Positions 9,608-20,900 of a stretch of DNA of 64,000 nt are shown here, in pieces. Positions within the stretch are counted from its first letter, which is position 1, and each line of letters begins with the position of its first letter. This DNA is from Candidatus Sumerlaeales bacterium (GTDB taxonomy: Bacteria; Sumerlaeota; Sumerlaeia; Sumerlaeales; Sumerlaeaceae), in NCBI GenBank assembly GCA_038243585.1, contig JBBSQY010000004.1, positions 50,171 through 114,170 of the forward strand, read 5' to 3'. The notes under the pieces were generated by a model. That model worked only from the letters and a program-made list of their open reading frames with translations. It did no database searches and was not told where the DNA came from. A program made the translations under genes and the position numbers.

Positions 9608-10252
9608 TTATTTCTCTTCAGCAGGCTTGCCGATAACTTCCGGCTGTTCTGGGGTTTCGGCTGCGGTCTCTGCTGCTGTGGCGGCTCTCATCACGTGGAC
9701 CGCAAACAGAGTTTCCTGTGGCTCAGTGATGATTGTCACATTTTCAGGGACTTTGATGTCGCTGACATGAAGGCTTTCGTTGATTGGCAGGGCCGAGATG
9801 TCGACGTCGATCGATTCCGGCAGGTTGCCCGGCAGACAACGGACGACGATCATGCGAAGATGCGTTTCGAGCAGACCGCCTTCGCGAACGCCAATCGGGG
9901 TGCCGACGGAATGAATTGGCACTTCAAATTCAGCTTCCTGATCCATGCGGACGTGCAGAAGATCGACGTGGAGGTAGCGACGTGTCAGCGGGTCGCGCTG
10001 CAACTCACGGATAACCGCGGTTACATTGCTGCCTGCTGCTTCGCCCGCCAGGTGAAACAGGTTCGTTTCCGCATTGGCCTTGGACATGGCCTTTTCAAGT
10101 TCACGGTAATTGAGGGAGACCATCTTCGGCTCGTGGCCGGTGCCGTAGATGATTGCCGGTACTAGACCGGTGGAGCGGAGGCGACGGTTTGGTCCTTTTC
10201 CAGTTTCGGTGCGACCGGAGACTGTGAGGGTGTCCATTTCTGGTTTTGCCAT
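9608..10252 (-). CDS. rplY: 50S ribosomal protein L25 (long Ctc form)
   Basis: GKGPNRRLR, VPAIIYG, QRDPL...HVD, GVREGG, LP..LPESI.VDIS.L. Start ATG 10252 preceded by AAGGA. Confidence 0.95.
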   Translation of the reverse strand: MAKPEMDTLTVSGRTETGKGPNRRLRSTGLVPAIIYGTGHEPKMVSLNYRELEKAMSKANAETNLFHLAGEAAGSNVTAVIRELQRDPLTRRYLHVDLLHVRMDQEAEFEVPIHSVGTPIGVREGGLLETHLRMIVVRCLPGNLPESIDVDISALPINESLHVSDIKVPENVTIITEPQETLFAVHVMRAATAAETAAETPEQPEVIGKPAEEK

Positions 10253-10535
10253 TTTACTGTTCCTTGAATAGAGTCGCCTGGTATGCAACCGGCCATGCAA
10301 AGCATCGCCTGGGCTGTTGCAGACGCCGTGTGGGAGACAACTCGCGCGGGGATGGTATTCTGAGGCTTGTGCAATGCTCCTTATTTGGCGGAGACTCATT
10401 CGCAGAGAAATTTTGACACACCAGCATGAAAAGAAGCAAGAGCCGAAGTAAGATAACTTTAATAAAACGGATTATGATTTGGGTGAGATTTTTTGTGTTG
10501 CTGGCATTTGATGGCTGGTTTTAACACAAGTCGCT

Positions 10536-12263
10536 ATGACTGATACTAAAACCTTTTCCAATAAAGTGTGGTGGCTTCTTGCTGTTCTGTGGTTTGCCGC
10601 GTGGCATCTTTGCTTCACGTGGGATGCCTGGAGAGACCCTCTGCACCAGGTACCGGGTTCTATTGGCGACAATACGGTTATGCTCTGGAACCTTGGCTGG
10701 GTGAATTATGCTCTGAACCACGGTAGCCCCGGCTTCTGGTTTACCAATGCGTATTTTCCAGACGGGTTCCTGTTTTTGTATGGCACTCATACCTGGCTTG
10801 ACGGAGTGCTTTACTGGCTGTCTTCGCCGCTTTTGCCGGGCGGTTATCCGGGAACGATCTTGTGGGCGAACCTGAATCTGCTGATGGCCACAACAGCGAC
10901 GGGATTACTGGTCATCGCCGCCTTAAGGGCTTGGGGTGTTCGTCAGTGGCCGGTCCTGATGCTTGCGGCGTCGGCGGTTGCTTTTTCCTGGTTTCGGATG
11001 TTTGCCTTAACCGGGCATTATCACTTTTTCGGAACCCACTGGATGTTGCTGTCGCTATGGATGGTCTCGCGGGGAATGCAGACCAGGCTGCAGGGTGGGC
11101 GGGAAATGGGATTGGTTTGCGCTGCCGGATTTTTTCTCGGTTTAGCCTTTTTAAACGACCAGACAATGGCTGTTTTCGCTGGAATACTGGGAGGGTTTAC
11201 ATTGGTTTCCATGACCCTGACAGAGCAAAACCACCGCTGGCGGACTCTGTTTTTAAACTGCTCCATTTTCTATATATCCGCTCTTTTGGTCGCCGCGATT
11301 CACCTTGTTCCCGTGGCTCTAGCCATTTGGGATGGGAGGATGGAGTATTCCGTCGATAGAGAAGGCTTGAGATTGGTGGACGCGAGCAGCCTGGTGATGC
11401 CTCCGGACAGACACTTTATTGGCCGCAGCCTGGTCGAAGTCAGGCAGAGGCACGGCCTGACCTGGAGCGAAGGCACTTATCTGGGGCTTGTTCCGATAAT
11501 CTTTCTGGGGCTATCGTCGGTGGCGTCAGTTCGGTACGTGTTCCAGAAAAAGACTGAGAGGGATTCCCGGCTGCGCGTGGTTTTATACGCGACAATCGCC
11601 GCATGGGTATTTATCATTTTTGCACTGGGCGACGTGTTGGTTGTTGGGCGAGAGCATTTCAGCAGTCTACCGGGACGGCTATTAAAGCTGATTCCAGTAT
11701 TAAATAATATACGACTGCCTCAGCGTTGGGTGTGGCCAGCGCATCTGTGCATTGCCCTGTCCGGTGCAACAATCGTAAGCCAGCTGATTTCTCGCCGGAA
11801 AAACCAACTCGTTGCTTGGGCGCCGCTGGCGCTGGCATTTTTGCCGGGTATCGAAGGACTCAAATTCCCCCCGCCCGGTCCGACAAATTATCTGCACCAT
11901 CCCTCTATTCGACTGCCAGGTCTTGTTCAGGCAGTTAAGCAGCATTATAAGCACGGCGGGGTACTGGTTATGCCGGTGGAAAAGTATTATACCCACAGCC
12001 ATATCCTGCAGCTTTTGTGGGGCTATGGAATTCCCTCAACCATCACCTACAGTGCCCGGATGCCGTTTGCGCCGACAGATGTGCCTTGGGACGATGGGGC
12101 ATGGACGCCGGAATCGGCGCAGTGGCTAAGAGAAAAACAGGTATCGATCGTCGTGTTTTCGTTTCACGAAGGCAAGGTGGAAGAATATCAGCCATGGATT
12201 CGAGAGGCCAAAAGATCTATTCCGGGCTTATTGGTGCTAAACAAGAACGGGACAGAAATATAA
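10536..12263 (+). CDS. Polytopic membrane protein, probable GT-C-fold glycosyltransferase
   Basis: Many TM helices; GD...LWNLGW, AYFP.G, EGTYLG and R.P.RW motifs are typical of this class. Confidence 0.6.
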   Translation: MTDTKTFSNKVWWLLAVLWFAAWHLCFTWDAWRDPLHQVPGSIGDNTVMLWNLGWVNYALNHGSPGFWFTNAYFPDGFLFLYGTHTWLDGVLYWLSSPLLPGGYPGTILWANLNLLMATTATGLLVIAALRAWGVRQWPVLMLAASAVAFSWFRMFALTGHYHFFGTHWMLLSLWMVSRGMQTRLQGGREMGLVCAAGFFLGLAFLNDQTMAVFAGILGGFTLVSMTLTEQNHRWRTLFLNCSIFYISALLVAAIHLVPVALAIWDGRMEYSVDREGLRLVDASSLVMPPDRHFIGRSLVEVRQRHGLTWSEGTYLGLVPIIFLGLSSVASVRYVFQKKTERDSRLRVVLYATIAAWVFIIFALGDVLVVGREHFSSLPGRLLKLIPVLNNIRLPQRWVWPAHLCIALSGATIVSQLISRRKNQLVAWAPLALAFLPGIEGLKFPPPGPTNYLHHPSIRLPGLVQAVKQHYKHGGVLVMPVEKYYTHSHILQLLWGYGIPSTITYSARMPFAPTDVPWDDGAWTPESAQWLREKQVSIVVFSFHEGKVEEYQPWIREAKRSIPGLLVLNKNGTEI

Positions 12264-12334
12264 TAGAAATTAGCCAGGGCGATACGCCAGGGTCATCTAC
12301 GATTCGGATATTGGATGGACTTGGGGGATATAAT

Positions 12335-13324
12335 TTAAACCCCGTCGCCGTCCTGGCCGATTTGCTCTTCTTCTTCTACTTTCTCTTCATGTTTCACGAA
12401 CATCAAACTGGCTACAACCGATACAGTAAGAATGGCAGCGATGACACCCAGAGAAATACCGATGGGAATTTTGTAAGCCGAGTGTCCGAGAAGCATCTTC
12501 ACACCCACAAAACATAGCACAAGCGCGAGGCCATACTTGAGATAGCGAAACATGTCCATTACGCCGGCCAGCAGGAAATAAAGCGCTCGCAGACCCAGGA
12601 TCGCAAACACGTTTGATGTGTAAACAATGAAAGGATCATCCGTGACGGCAAATACGGCCGGTATGGAATCTATGGCGAATAGAACATCGGTGGTCTCCAC
12701 AACCAGAAGCACAATAAAAAGGGTCGTAACGTAATTTTTCCCATTAATCTTTACGAAGAACTTCTGGCCGTGGTCGCCCTCTGCTACCGGCAGTAAACGC
12801 CTTGCAAGGCGATAAACCATCCCTGTGGATGGATCGTCGTTCTCCGGATTATGGACGGCCATTTTAATACCAGTGACGATAAGCAGGACACCGAACACAT
12901 ATAGCACCCAGTCGAATCGGGCAAGCAGAACCGCTCCGGCCGCGATCATGGCACCGCGCAGGACAAGGGCACCTAATATGCCCCAGAACAGTAATCGGTG
13001 CTGATACTGGGGGGCGACGTTGAAGTAAGTAAACAGCATGATAAACACGAAGATATTATCGACGCTCAGGGATTTTTCCAGGAGATACCCTGCCAGAAAC
13101 TCATTTCCAATCTGCCGCCCATGAGAATAATAAAGCCATCCATTGAAGCACAAAGACAGAGTTATCCAAAATATAGACCAGCCCAAGGCTTCGCGGAATC
13201 TGATGACATGGGCTTTCCTGTTAAAAACTCCCAGGTCCAAAGCCAGCATGGCGAGTACAAAAAGATTAAATACGACCCAGGCCGTGGTTGAAAACGTGTC
13301 GCCGAGAACGGTTGCTGTATTCAA
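12335..13324 (-). CDS. TerC/Alx family membrane protein
   Basis: YLLEKSLSVDNIFVF and ETTDVLFAIDSIPA...SNVFAILGLR. Confidence 0.93.
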   Translation of the reverse strand: MNTATVLGDTFSTTAWVVFNLFVLAMLALDLGVFNRKAHVIRFREALGWSIFWITLSLCFNGWLYYSHGRQIGNEFLAGYLLEKSLSVDNIFVFIMLFTYFNVAPQYQHRLLFWGILGALVLRGAMIAAGAVLLARFDWVLYVFGVLLIVTGIKMAVHNPENDDPSTGMVYRLARRLLPVAEGDHGQKFFVKINGKNYVTTLFIVLLVVETTDVLFAIDSIPAVFAVTDDPFIVYTSNVFAILGLRALYFLLAGVMDMFRYLKYGLALVLCFVGVKMLLGHSAYKIPIGISLGVIAAILTVSVVASLMFVKHEEKVEEEEQIGQDGDGV

Positions 13325-13404
13325 AGGATTGCTTTCTGCTTCGATATGATAGATATTTGAAGGGTCGAATTATATAACGCAGGGTCATGGGCAAATACGA
13401 TTAC

Positions 13405-14010
13405 TTAACCAACTATAAGGGCGTTTAGCAAATCGGCCTGTATTTTCTTCATGGCTACAGCGCGGTGGCTGATCGAATTTTTTTCTGTCGCGGGTAGCTC
13501 AGCCAGGGTGCTTTCTGTGTCTCCGACAAGGAATACAGGGTCGTAGCCGAATCCATGGCTTCCTTTCGGAAAATGCGCGATGCGGCCTTCCAGCGTACCA
13601 GTCTGTTCAATGTATTTTCCGCCGGGCAGCGCTACACACAGGGCGCACTCGAAGCGGGCTGTCCGCAGCGGCGGAGGCACGTCGTCCAGCTCAGAAATTA
13701 ATTTCGAGATGCGAAGCGCTTCTGTTTCGGCATATCGGGCGGAATAAACGCCGGGGCGTCCGCCCAACGCATCAACCACAAGGCCGGAATCGTCGGCGAG
13801 TGAAATCAACCCCGTCCGGCTGCAATAGTAGTCGGCCTTGAGACGCGCATTTTCTAAAAAGGTGGTTCCGGTCTCCTCCGGCTCTGGCAATTCCGGAAAG
13901 TCCGCCGCACATAAAATCCTGCCAGCGAAGCCAATTCCAAGAATTTGGCGGATTTCCTGTATTTTCTTTGAGTTGTTTGTTGCAAGGAGAAGGTCATTGA
14001 CCGCTGTCAT
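13405..14010 (-). CDS. rdgB: Non-canonical purine NTP pyrophosphatase (RdgB/HAM1)
   Basis: ATNNSKK, ENARLKA, ADDSGL, PGVYSARY, GFGYDPVF and KNSISHR. Confidence 0.95.
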   Translation of the reverse strand: MTAVNDLLLATNNSKKIQEIRQILGIGFAGRILCAADFPELPEPEETGTTFLENARLKADYYCSRTGLISLADDSGLVVDALGGRPGVYSARYAETEALRISKLISELDDVPPPLRTARFECALCVALPGGKYIEQTGTLEGRIAHFPKGSHGFGYDPVFLVGDTESTLAELPATEKNSISHRAVAMKKIQADLLNALIVG

Positions 14011-14033
14011 ATACGCACCTGGAGACACAATAG

Positions 14034-16064
14034 ATGATTTCTGAACGAGCATTTAACCTCAATCGTTTGCCATATTTCCCGACTACCATTTTGATGGGTC
14101 TACTGGCGGCACTCTTATTAGCCGCGTTTGCTGGATGTCAGAACAACCAGCAGCCACTGGGCCTTGGGTCCATCGCCGGATTGGCGCGGTTGTCAGAGCC
14201 TGATCCCGGCACGGGCGAAGCCGGTATTCTTGTATACCTGGCCGGCACCCCCTACCAGGCCCGTAGCGATCAGCAGGGCCGCTACCGCATTGACGGAATT
14301 CCCAGCGGCACTTATGATCTTATCGCCGAGAAGTCGGGTTTTGAAGGGCAGATCATCGAAGGGCTGATTATTAATCCGGCGGAACATTCGTCCGCCACTC
14401 CGTTGCAGCCGGCGGACACGCTTTTGGCCAGGACAGCGGCAACCACGGCGCCTGTGAGCGTGACTGACCTGGGCATGATCCGGGGCAATGTGCTGCTGGA
14501 AGGGATGCCGGGAGAAAACGGCGGCGTCCGGGTCGAAGTAGACGGCACCCCCTTCGTAACGGTAAGTAGCAACGACGGACAGTTTCGCATCATGAATGTG
14601 GAGCCCGGACAGTATCACCTGAGTTTTTATCATGACGGTTATCTGCCATATAAGACGCTGGAACTGGTGGACGTTACAACTGGTGTAGTCACCATGCAAG
14701 ATGTCGCTCTTCAACTGGTGCAGCCTGGGGATCCCGTCTCGCCTGCGTCTGTGGCCGCAGCGGTTGCTGCAGACGCGGTCACTCCGGTGCTGTCCGAACC
14801 GCCGCCAGAGCCGGGAGAGTTGCGATCCATTGTTGGAATTGTAGAATTGCGAGACGCGACAGGGCAGACACTTTCAGATTTTTCCAATGTGACAGTTGCC
14901 ATCAACGGCACAAGCCAGGTGGCGGTGATCAATGAGCAGGGGCAATTCCGATTTGACGATATTACGTCTGGTACCTATGTCCTGATTGGCACTGTGCCGG
15001 GCGGGCCGGTGGTGCAGATTCCCGTAGATCTGGAAACCCAAAGATCAGCATCGGTAACAGTTCGGCTGGAAAAAGGCGCCGGGGGAGAGGTCGGCGGCAC
15101 GGTAAGAGGGCGCGTGGTCCTGGTGAACATGGACGATGAACCACTGCCGGAATCCGGAGGGGTAAACGTGGCAGCAAACGGGACGCAGGCGGTAGCAACT
15201 ACCGCTGCAGACGGCAGTTTTACGCTTACGGGCGTGGCACCGGGCAGCTATACCATCAGCGCCAGCAAGGAATCTTTCAAGCCAGGCGCGGTTGCAAACG
15301 TGGCCGTTAACGCGGCGGCTACGGTTGATGTCGGTGAAATTCGCATGATGATGGATGTGGATAGACCCCGGGTGATCTCTACTATCCCGGCTGACAACGC
15401 GAGGAATGTTGCGGTCAGTTTCGATTTACCTATAACCGTAAAATTTAGCGATAATATGAACGCGGCCAGTGTGCGCGACGCAATCTCTCTGGCACCTTCG
15501 ACCCCATTTACAGCCATCATCGGCAAAGGAGCGGGAGCTGGTGCGGATGACGACACCTTGATAATTAACCTATCGAACGACAATGCGAAGTCGCCCATAC
15601 AGTTTGGAGCGCTGTACCGCGTGACCATTGCGCAGACCGCAGCGAACCTGGACGGAGTTACTATGGCGGAGCCGCATACTTTTTCGTTCAGGACCGCCAA
15701 TCCGGGAGTGATCCAGGTAACGCCGGAAAACGGAGCCAGCGGAGTGTATCTTGATCAACTGCAAAATGCCGTTTTGTTTACATTTAATACCCGGCTTGAC
15801 CCGAACAGCATAAACGACCGAACCATTAAGGTGCGTCCAGATAACGGGATTAGCGTAGCGACCACCCACACAGATGCCGACGATACCGGTTGGACAACGG
15901 TGCGGGTCTCCACCCAGTGGCAGGCCGATACGGCTTATACGGTGACGATATCCAGTCGGGTGAGGGCATACAATGGACAAACCCTCGGAAATACACCATA
16001 TGTGCTTAAGTTTCGCACGGCGCCCCTCGAAGTAATGACTATGCCGATTTTGACAACGCGGTGA
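14034..16064 (+). CDS. Lipoprotein with tandem carboxypeptidase-regulatory-like (transthyretin-fold) domains and two C-terminal Ig-like (Big_5-type) domains
   Basis: Lipobox AFAGC; four repeats of G.[YF].[IF]..[VI].[PS]G.Y; two P.V....P..........I.[VF].F...[ML]...S motifs ending FRT. The true start may be further downstream. Confidence 0.72.
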   Translation: MISERAFNLNRLPYFPTTILMGLLAALLLAAFAGCQNNQQPLGLGSIAGLARLSEPDPGTGEAGILVYLAGTPYQARSDQQGRYRIDGIPSGTYDLIAEKSGFEGQIIEGLIINPAEHSSATPLQPADTLLARTAATTAPVSVTDLGMIRGNVLLEGMPGENGGVRVEVDGTPFVTVSSNDGQFRIMNVEPGQYHLSFYHDGYLPYKTLELVDVTTGVVTMQDVALQLVQPGDPVSPASVAAAVAADAVTPVLSEPPPEPGELRSIVGIVELRDATGQTLSDFSNVTVAINGTSQVAVINEQGQFRFDDITSGTYVLIGTVPGGPVVQIPVDLETQRSASVTVRLEKGAGGEVGGTVRGRVVLVNMDDEPLPESGGVNVAANGTQAVATTAADGSFTLTGVAPGSYTISASKESFKPGAVANVAVNAAATVDVGEIRMMMDVDRPRVISTIPADNARNVAVSFDLPITVKFSDNMNAASVRDAISLAPSTPFTAIIGKGAGAGADDDTLIINLSNDNAKSPIQFGALYRVTIAQTAANLDGVTMAEPHTFSFRTANPGVIQVTPENGASGVYLDQLQNAVLFTFNTRLDPNSINDRTIKVRPDNGISVATTHTDADDTGWTTVRVSTQWQADTAYTVTISSRVRAYNGQTLGNTPYVLKFRTAPLEVMTMPILTTR

Positions 16065-16184
16065 TTTTTTTGAGCAATCAGTACAGGATATTGATCCGGC
16101 GTAGGGTTATGGGTGAACAATCCGGTTTTGTGATGGTGCAATATGTCGCGTTACCCTTAAAGACTGAGCAGTGTTAAAGAGACT

Positions 16185-16655
16185 ATGATAGAATTCAGCA
16201 AGATGATAGACGAGTCGCGCATCATCGATATTAAAGCGACGACAAAAGAAGATGCTCTTCGGGAGCTGGTGGACGTACTGGCGACGTCGCCAGAGGTTAC
16301 CGACCGGGAAGAATTGCTTAACGCTATTTTTGAGCGGGAAAAAGTAATCTCCACGGGCGTTGGGATCGAAGTGGCTCTTCCCCATGTGAAGATTTCGTCG
16401 GTCAAAAATTTCGTGATCGCTATTGGCCGGAGTCACAAGGGCATTGATTTTGAGTCCCTGGACGATAAACCGGTTTATATCGTCGTGATGATCGGCGCAA
16501 ATGACAAGCAGGCGGGCGACTTCTTAAAAGTGCTGGCGCGGCTTGTGTTGAAACTCAAAAATCGCAATTTTAGAAAACAAGTCATGTTCGCTCCGAATCC
16601 GAAACGGATTAAAGAGCTTTTTGTGAATGAAGACGTGCTGCCGGACGACGATTAG
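16185..16655 (+). CDS. PTS EIIA component (Ntr/fructose type)
   Basis: ERE...STGVG..VALPH (phospho-His) and GIDFESLDDKPV. Confidence 0.9.
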   Translation: MIEFSKMIDESRIIDIKATTKEDALRELVDVLATSPEVTDREELLNAIFEREKVISTGVGIEVALPHVKISSVKNFVIAIGRSHKGIDFESLDDKPVYIVVMIGANDKQAGDFLKVLARLVLKLKNRNFRKQVMFAPNPKRIKELFVNEDVLPDDD

Positions 16656-16657
16656 GC

Positions 16658-17494
16658 GTGAGCTTAATTGACGAGGCGGCGGCGTTTGTCCGGGATCGGT
16701 CACAAGGCGGTGACGAAGCACGCGTCCTGGTTATTGCCGGGAGCGGGCTGGGTGGATTCGTTAAAGGAATTTCGCCGGCCTCGGAAGTTTCATATCATGA
16801 TATTCCCGGCATCGGCGGGTCAACTGTGGCCGGTCATGCGGGTAAGCTTGTGTTTGCCTATTGCGGAGATGAACGCACGCCGCTGCTGGTAATGGCAGGG
16901 CGTCGCCACCTGTATGAAGGATTATCTGCGCAGGAGGCAGTCCGTTTGCCGCAGGCGATTCTGCAGGCGTTTCCCGCCGTAAATAAAGTAGTAATCAGCA
17001 ATGCCGCGGGGGGATTAAATCCGAAATTTGCCGTCGGTGACCTTATGTTGATATCTGACCAGATCAACTGGATGTTTCAGAATCCGCTGGTGGGTCCCAA
17101 TGATGAGGCGCGTGGGCCGCGGTTTCCGGATGTGAGCGATAATTACAGCAAAGCCCTGAGGGGGCTGGCGCGGCAAGTCGCTCTGGACGAGGGAATCACT
17201 CTACGCGAAGGGGTCTATGTTGGAATGCACGGGCCCAGTTACGAAACCCGGGCGGAAGTGGCCATGTTGCGCCACTTGCTCGGGGCTGACGCCGTTGGCA
17301 TGAGCACAGTGCCAGAGGCGCTGGTGGCAACCCATGCGGGGCGGCAGGTGCTCGGTATCAGTTTTATCAGTAATCTGCTGACGACACCAGCCGTGACCAC
17401 CCACGAGGAAGTTATGGGAAATGCGGCACAGGTGGAAGAGCGGTTTAGCCGCCTGCTTATGGCGCTGATTCCGCAATTGCACCGAGGGGTGTGA
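16658..17494 (+). CDS. Purine nucleoside phosphorylase (trimeric type)
   Basis: GSGLG, GHAG, GRRHLYEG, SNAAGG, GPSYET.AE and GMSTVPE. Confidence 0.93.
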   Translation: MSLIDEAAAFVRDRSQGGDEARVLVIAGSGLGGFVKGISPASEVSYHDIPGIGGSTVAGHAGKLVFAYCGDERTPLLVMAGRRHLYEGLSAQEAVRLPQAILQAFPAVNKVVISNAAGGLNPKFAVGDLMLISDQINWMFQNPLVGPNDEARGPRFPDVSDNYSKALRGLARQVALDEGITLREGVYVGMHGPSYETRAEVAMLRHLLGADAVGMSTVPEALVATHAGRQVLGISFISNLLTTPAVTTHEEVMGNAAQVEERFSRLLMALIPQLHRGV

Positions 17495-17528
17495 AGGTTT
17501 GGAGCGGTCTGCCGTATATGACCGCAGA

Positions 17529-17579
17529 ATCCTTTACTCGGTCAATCGCTGTCACCCGGCGGTGCCCTGGGTTTAGGAT
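17529..17579 (+). promoter_or_regulatory. Putative ribosomal protein S15 autoregulatory leader RNA
   Basis: Nested helices ATCCT/AGGAT, ACTCGG/CTGGGT and ATCGCTG/CGGCGGT about 30 nt upstream of the rpsO start, the position expected for S15 leaders. Confidence 0.5.
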
Positions 17580-17608
17580 CACATCAATTGAGAAACGGGT
17601 GAAGATTC

Positions 17609-17878
17609 ATGAGCATTACCGCGGATAAAACGATAGAAATTATTTCTACGCACAAGACGCATGATTCCGACACGGGATCACCAGAAGTACAGGTTGCACT
17701 TTTGACAGAGCGTATTATCAACCTGACGCAGCATTTCAAGACGCACAAGAAGGACCACCATAGCCGCCGTGGTCTGCTGATGCTGGTTGGTCAGCGCAAG
17801 AGCATGCTGAACTATCTGAAAAAGAAAGACATTACTCGCTACCGCGCATTGATCGAGAAGCTGGGTCTGCGTAAGTAA
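17609..17878 (+). CDS. rpsO: 30S ribosomal protein S15
   Basis: [24 protein letters not shown] and LGLRK. Confidence 0.98.
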   Translation: MSITADKTIEIISTHKTHDSDTGSPEVQVALLTERIINLTQHFKTHKKDHHSRRGLLMLVGQRKSMLNYLKKKDITRYRALIEKLGLRK

Positions 17879-17905
17879 CTGGAATTAGACTTCCAGGTGT
17901 GTTTC

Positions 17906-17937
17906 AGGCCGGGTACTTAATTGTACCCGGCCTTTTT
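17906..17937 (+). terminator. Rho-independent terminator of rpsO
   Basis: AGGCCGGGTAC-TTAATT-GTACCCGGCCT followed by a T-run. Confidence 0.85.
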
Positions 17938-17944
17938 GTTTATC

Positions 17945-17975
17945 GGTGATCCCTACTTAATTAGTAGGGATCACC
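17945..17975. terminator. Perfect 13-bp hairpin just past the carB stop (probable carB terminator)
   Basis: GGTGATCCCTACT-TAATT-AGTAGGGATCACC. Confidence 0.55.
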
Positions 17976-17978
17976 ATT

Positions 17979-20900
17979 TTATCTCTTATTTTGCGCGTGG
18001 TATTCCTGGATTGATCGAAGCGTAACCTTTTGATCCTTCACCGCTTCAATGCCTTCGACACCTGCCCGGGCTGCGCTGATAGTAGTGACAAGAGGGATGC
18101 CCCGGCTGACGACGAGGGTGCGGATCTGATGTTCATCCGGACGACCCTGGGGGCCACTGAAGGTGTTTATGACCATGCCGATCTCACCGTTTATAACGTA
18201 GTCGACTACGTTGGGGCGGCCTTCCTGTATCTTGGCAAGCTGACTGGCCTTTATACCGTTTTTTTCCAGGAAGTGAAAGGTCCCATCCGTGCAGAAAATC
18301 TCAAAGCCGAGCTTTGACAACTTCTGAGCAATGGGAAGAAAGGCGGGTTTGTCGTCATCGTTGATAGAGATGAACACGCCGCCGCTCATCGGGAGGGTAT
18401 TGCCCGCTGCGGCCTGGCTTTTGGCGAACGCAAGGCCTGGGTTTGGATCAATACCCATAACTTCGCCCGTGCTGCGCATTTCCGGGCCGAGGCGAACTTC
18501 GCTGCCCATAAATTTATTAAACGGAAGCACGGCTTCTTTAACGGAAAAGTAATCTACCGTAGGCTGCTCCGTGAAACCAACCGTCTCCAATGATTCTCCC
18601 AGCATCACCCGGGCGGCGAACTGCGCGATGGGCAGACCAACCGTTTTTGAAACATAAGGGACGGTTCTGCTGGCGCGGGGGTTAACTTCCAGAACGTAAA
18701 CCTGTTCATCTTTGACGGCGTACTGGATGTTCATGAGGCCGCGCACGTTAAGAGCCTTGCCGAGAGCCTGCGTGTAGCGACGAATCTGGTCAAGGACCGG
18801 TTCAGAAAGAGTGCGGGGAGGAATGACGCATGCACTGTCTCCGCTGTGGATACCCGCTTCCTCAATGTGTTCCATGATAGCCGCAATGACACACATCTGG
18901 CTGGACTGCTGATCAGCCGCACTATTCTCCGTGGGATAGTCGCAGACAGCGTCAACATCGACTTCAATGGCTCCGTCGAGGAATTTGTCGACCAGCACAG
19001 GGTGCTCCGGCGATACATCCTGCGCGATGTGCATAAAGTTTCTTATCTGCGCATCATTATAGACGATCTGCATCGCGCGTCCGCCCAGCACGTAGCTGGG
19101 GCGCACCATGACTGGGTAACCGATCTTGTTGGCAAGTCCCTGAAGCTCTTCATAGCTCCGCCCGCTGCCGTTCGCCGGAGATGGAATTTTCAGTTCATCA
19201 AGAAGTGCGCCGAAGCGCTTGCGATCTTCTGCCAGATCAATGGAATCTGGCGAGGTGCCGACAATGCGGGTTGGCAGTTTTTTATCTGCGATGTACTTTT
19301 CAATGGCGCGAGCCAGTCCCAGCGGCGTCTGACCGCCATATTGGACAATGATGCCGGAGACTTCGCCGTTGCCACATTCGTTTTCGATGATGTTCAACAC
19401 GTCTTCCGCAGTGAGCGGTTCAAAGTAAAGGCGGTCGGCGGTGTCGTAATCGGTAGAAACCGTTTCGGGATTGCTATTAACCATGATGGTTTCATAGCCA
19501 GCGTCTTTCAGTGCAAAAACGGCCTGGACGCAGCAGTAGTCGAATTCGATTCCCTGGCCGATTCTGTTCGGCCCGCCGCCGAGAATGATGACCTTTTTCC
19601 GGTCTGTCGGCAGGGCTTCATTGGCGAATTCCGAGGTGGTATCTTCGTAGGTGGAGTAATAATAGGGAGTATGCGCTTCGAACTCCCCGCCGCAGGTATC
19701 CACGGATTTAAACACCGCTTTAACCCCGAGTGCGAGGCGGCGATCGCGCACTTCCCATTCGGTCCAGGTGTCTTTTTGGCTGGAGAAAATGGTAGCCAGT
19801 TGCTTGTCTGAAAAGCCTAGCTGCTTGGCGTGCATCATGATGTCATGTTCCGGGCCGGTCGGGTCGATGGCTCCGGACTTCTGAAAATACATTTCCGCCG
19901 CCGCGTCGGCCAGCGTGTGCTCAAACACCGCGATTTCATAGATATTTTGCAGGAACCAGCGGTCGATGTGGGTCGCATCCGCCACTTCGTCGATGGTCAT
20001 AAACGAGCTGATTCGGTCGCAGGCGATGCCGTTCAGGCCAAGTTTTTCCACGGCGAAATCGGTTTCATCCACGCAGCGGGGACGGAGAGCCGATCTCAGC
20101 CAGAAGATGCGCTCGGGGTTTGGATTCCGGAGATTCCAATTCAACTGCGCACGGTAATCTTCGGCTCTTGCGCCGGTCACCTTGCCGTCGGCGCCCAGGC
20201 CGGCGCGGCCAATTTCGAGTCCCCGAAGACCCTTCTGCAGGGATTCTTTGAAAGTCCTCCCGATGGCCATGGTTTCGCCGACGCTTTTCATCTGGGTTCC
20301 CAGAGTAGGATCAGAGCCGGGAAATTTTTCAAACGCGAAACGCGGAAGCTTCGTTACCACGTAATCAATGCTGGGCTCAAAACAAGCTGGTGTCATCTTG
20401 GTTATATCGTTTGGCAGCTCGTCGAGGCGCATGCCGGTGGCGAGCTTTGCCGCGATTTTGGCAATCGGGAATCCCGTGGCTTTACTAGAGAGGGCACTGC
20501 TGCGCGAGACGCGGGGGTTCATTTCAATGACGACACGACGACCGGTGGTCGGTTCGGTAGCAAACTGGATGTTCGATCCACCCGTTTCAACGCCGATGGC
20601 GCGAATGATTTTGACCGCGTCATCCCGCATCGCCTGGTATTCACGATCAGACAACGTCTGAATGGGAGCCACAGTGATGGAGTCGCCGGTATGTACGCCC
20701 ATGGCGTCAACATTTTCGATGGAGCAGACAATAACGACATTGTCATACATATCGCGCATCACTTCCAGCTCGAATTCCTTCCAGCCGCGAATGCTCTGCT
20801 CTATCATTATTTCATGAGTGGGGGAGAGGTTCAGGCCGTTGCGGGCGATCTCCAGAAATTCTTCCACATTATAAGCAGTGCCGCCACCGCTGCCGCCCAA

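Noticed and set aside
13325..13404. yybP-ykoY (Mn2+) riboswitch expected upstream of terC
   Set aside because: Only about 80 nt of AT-rich spacer with no consensus.
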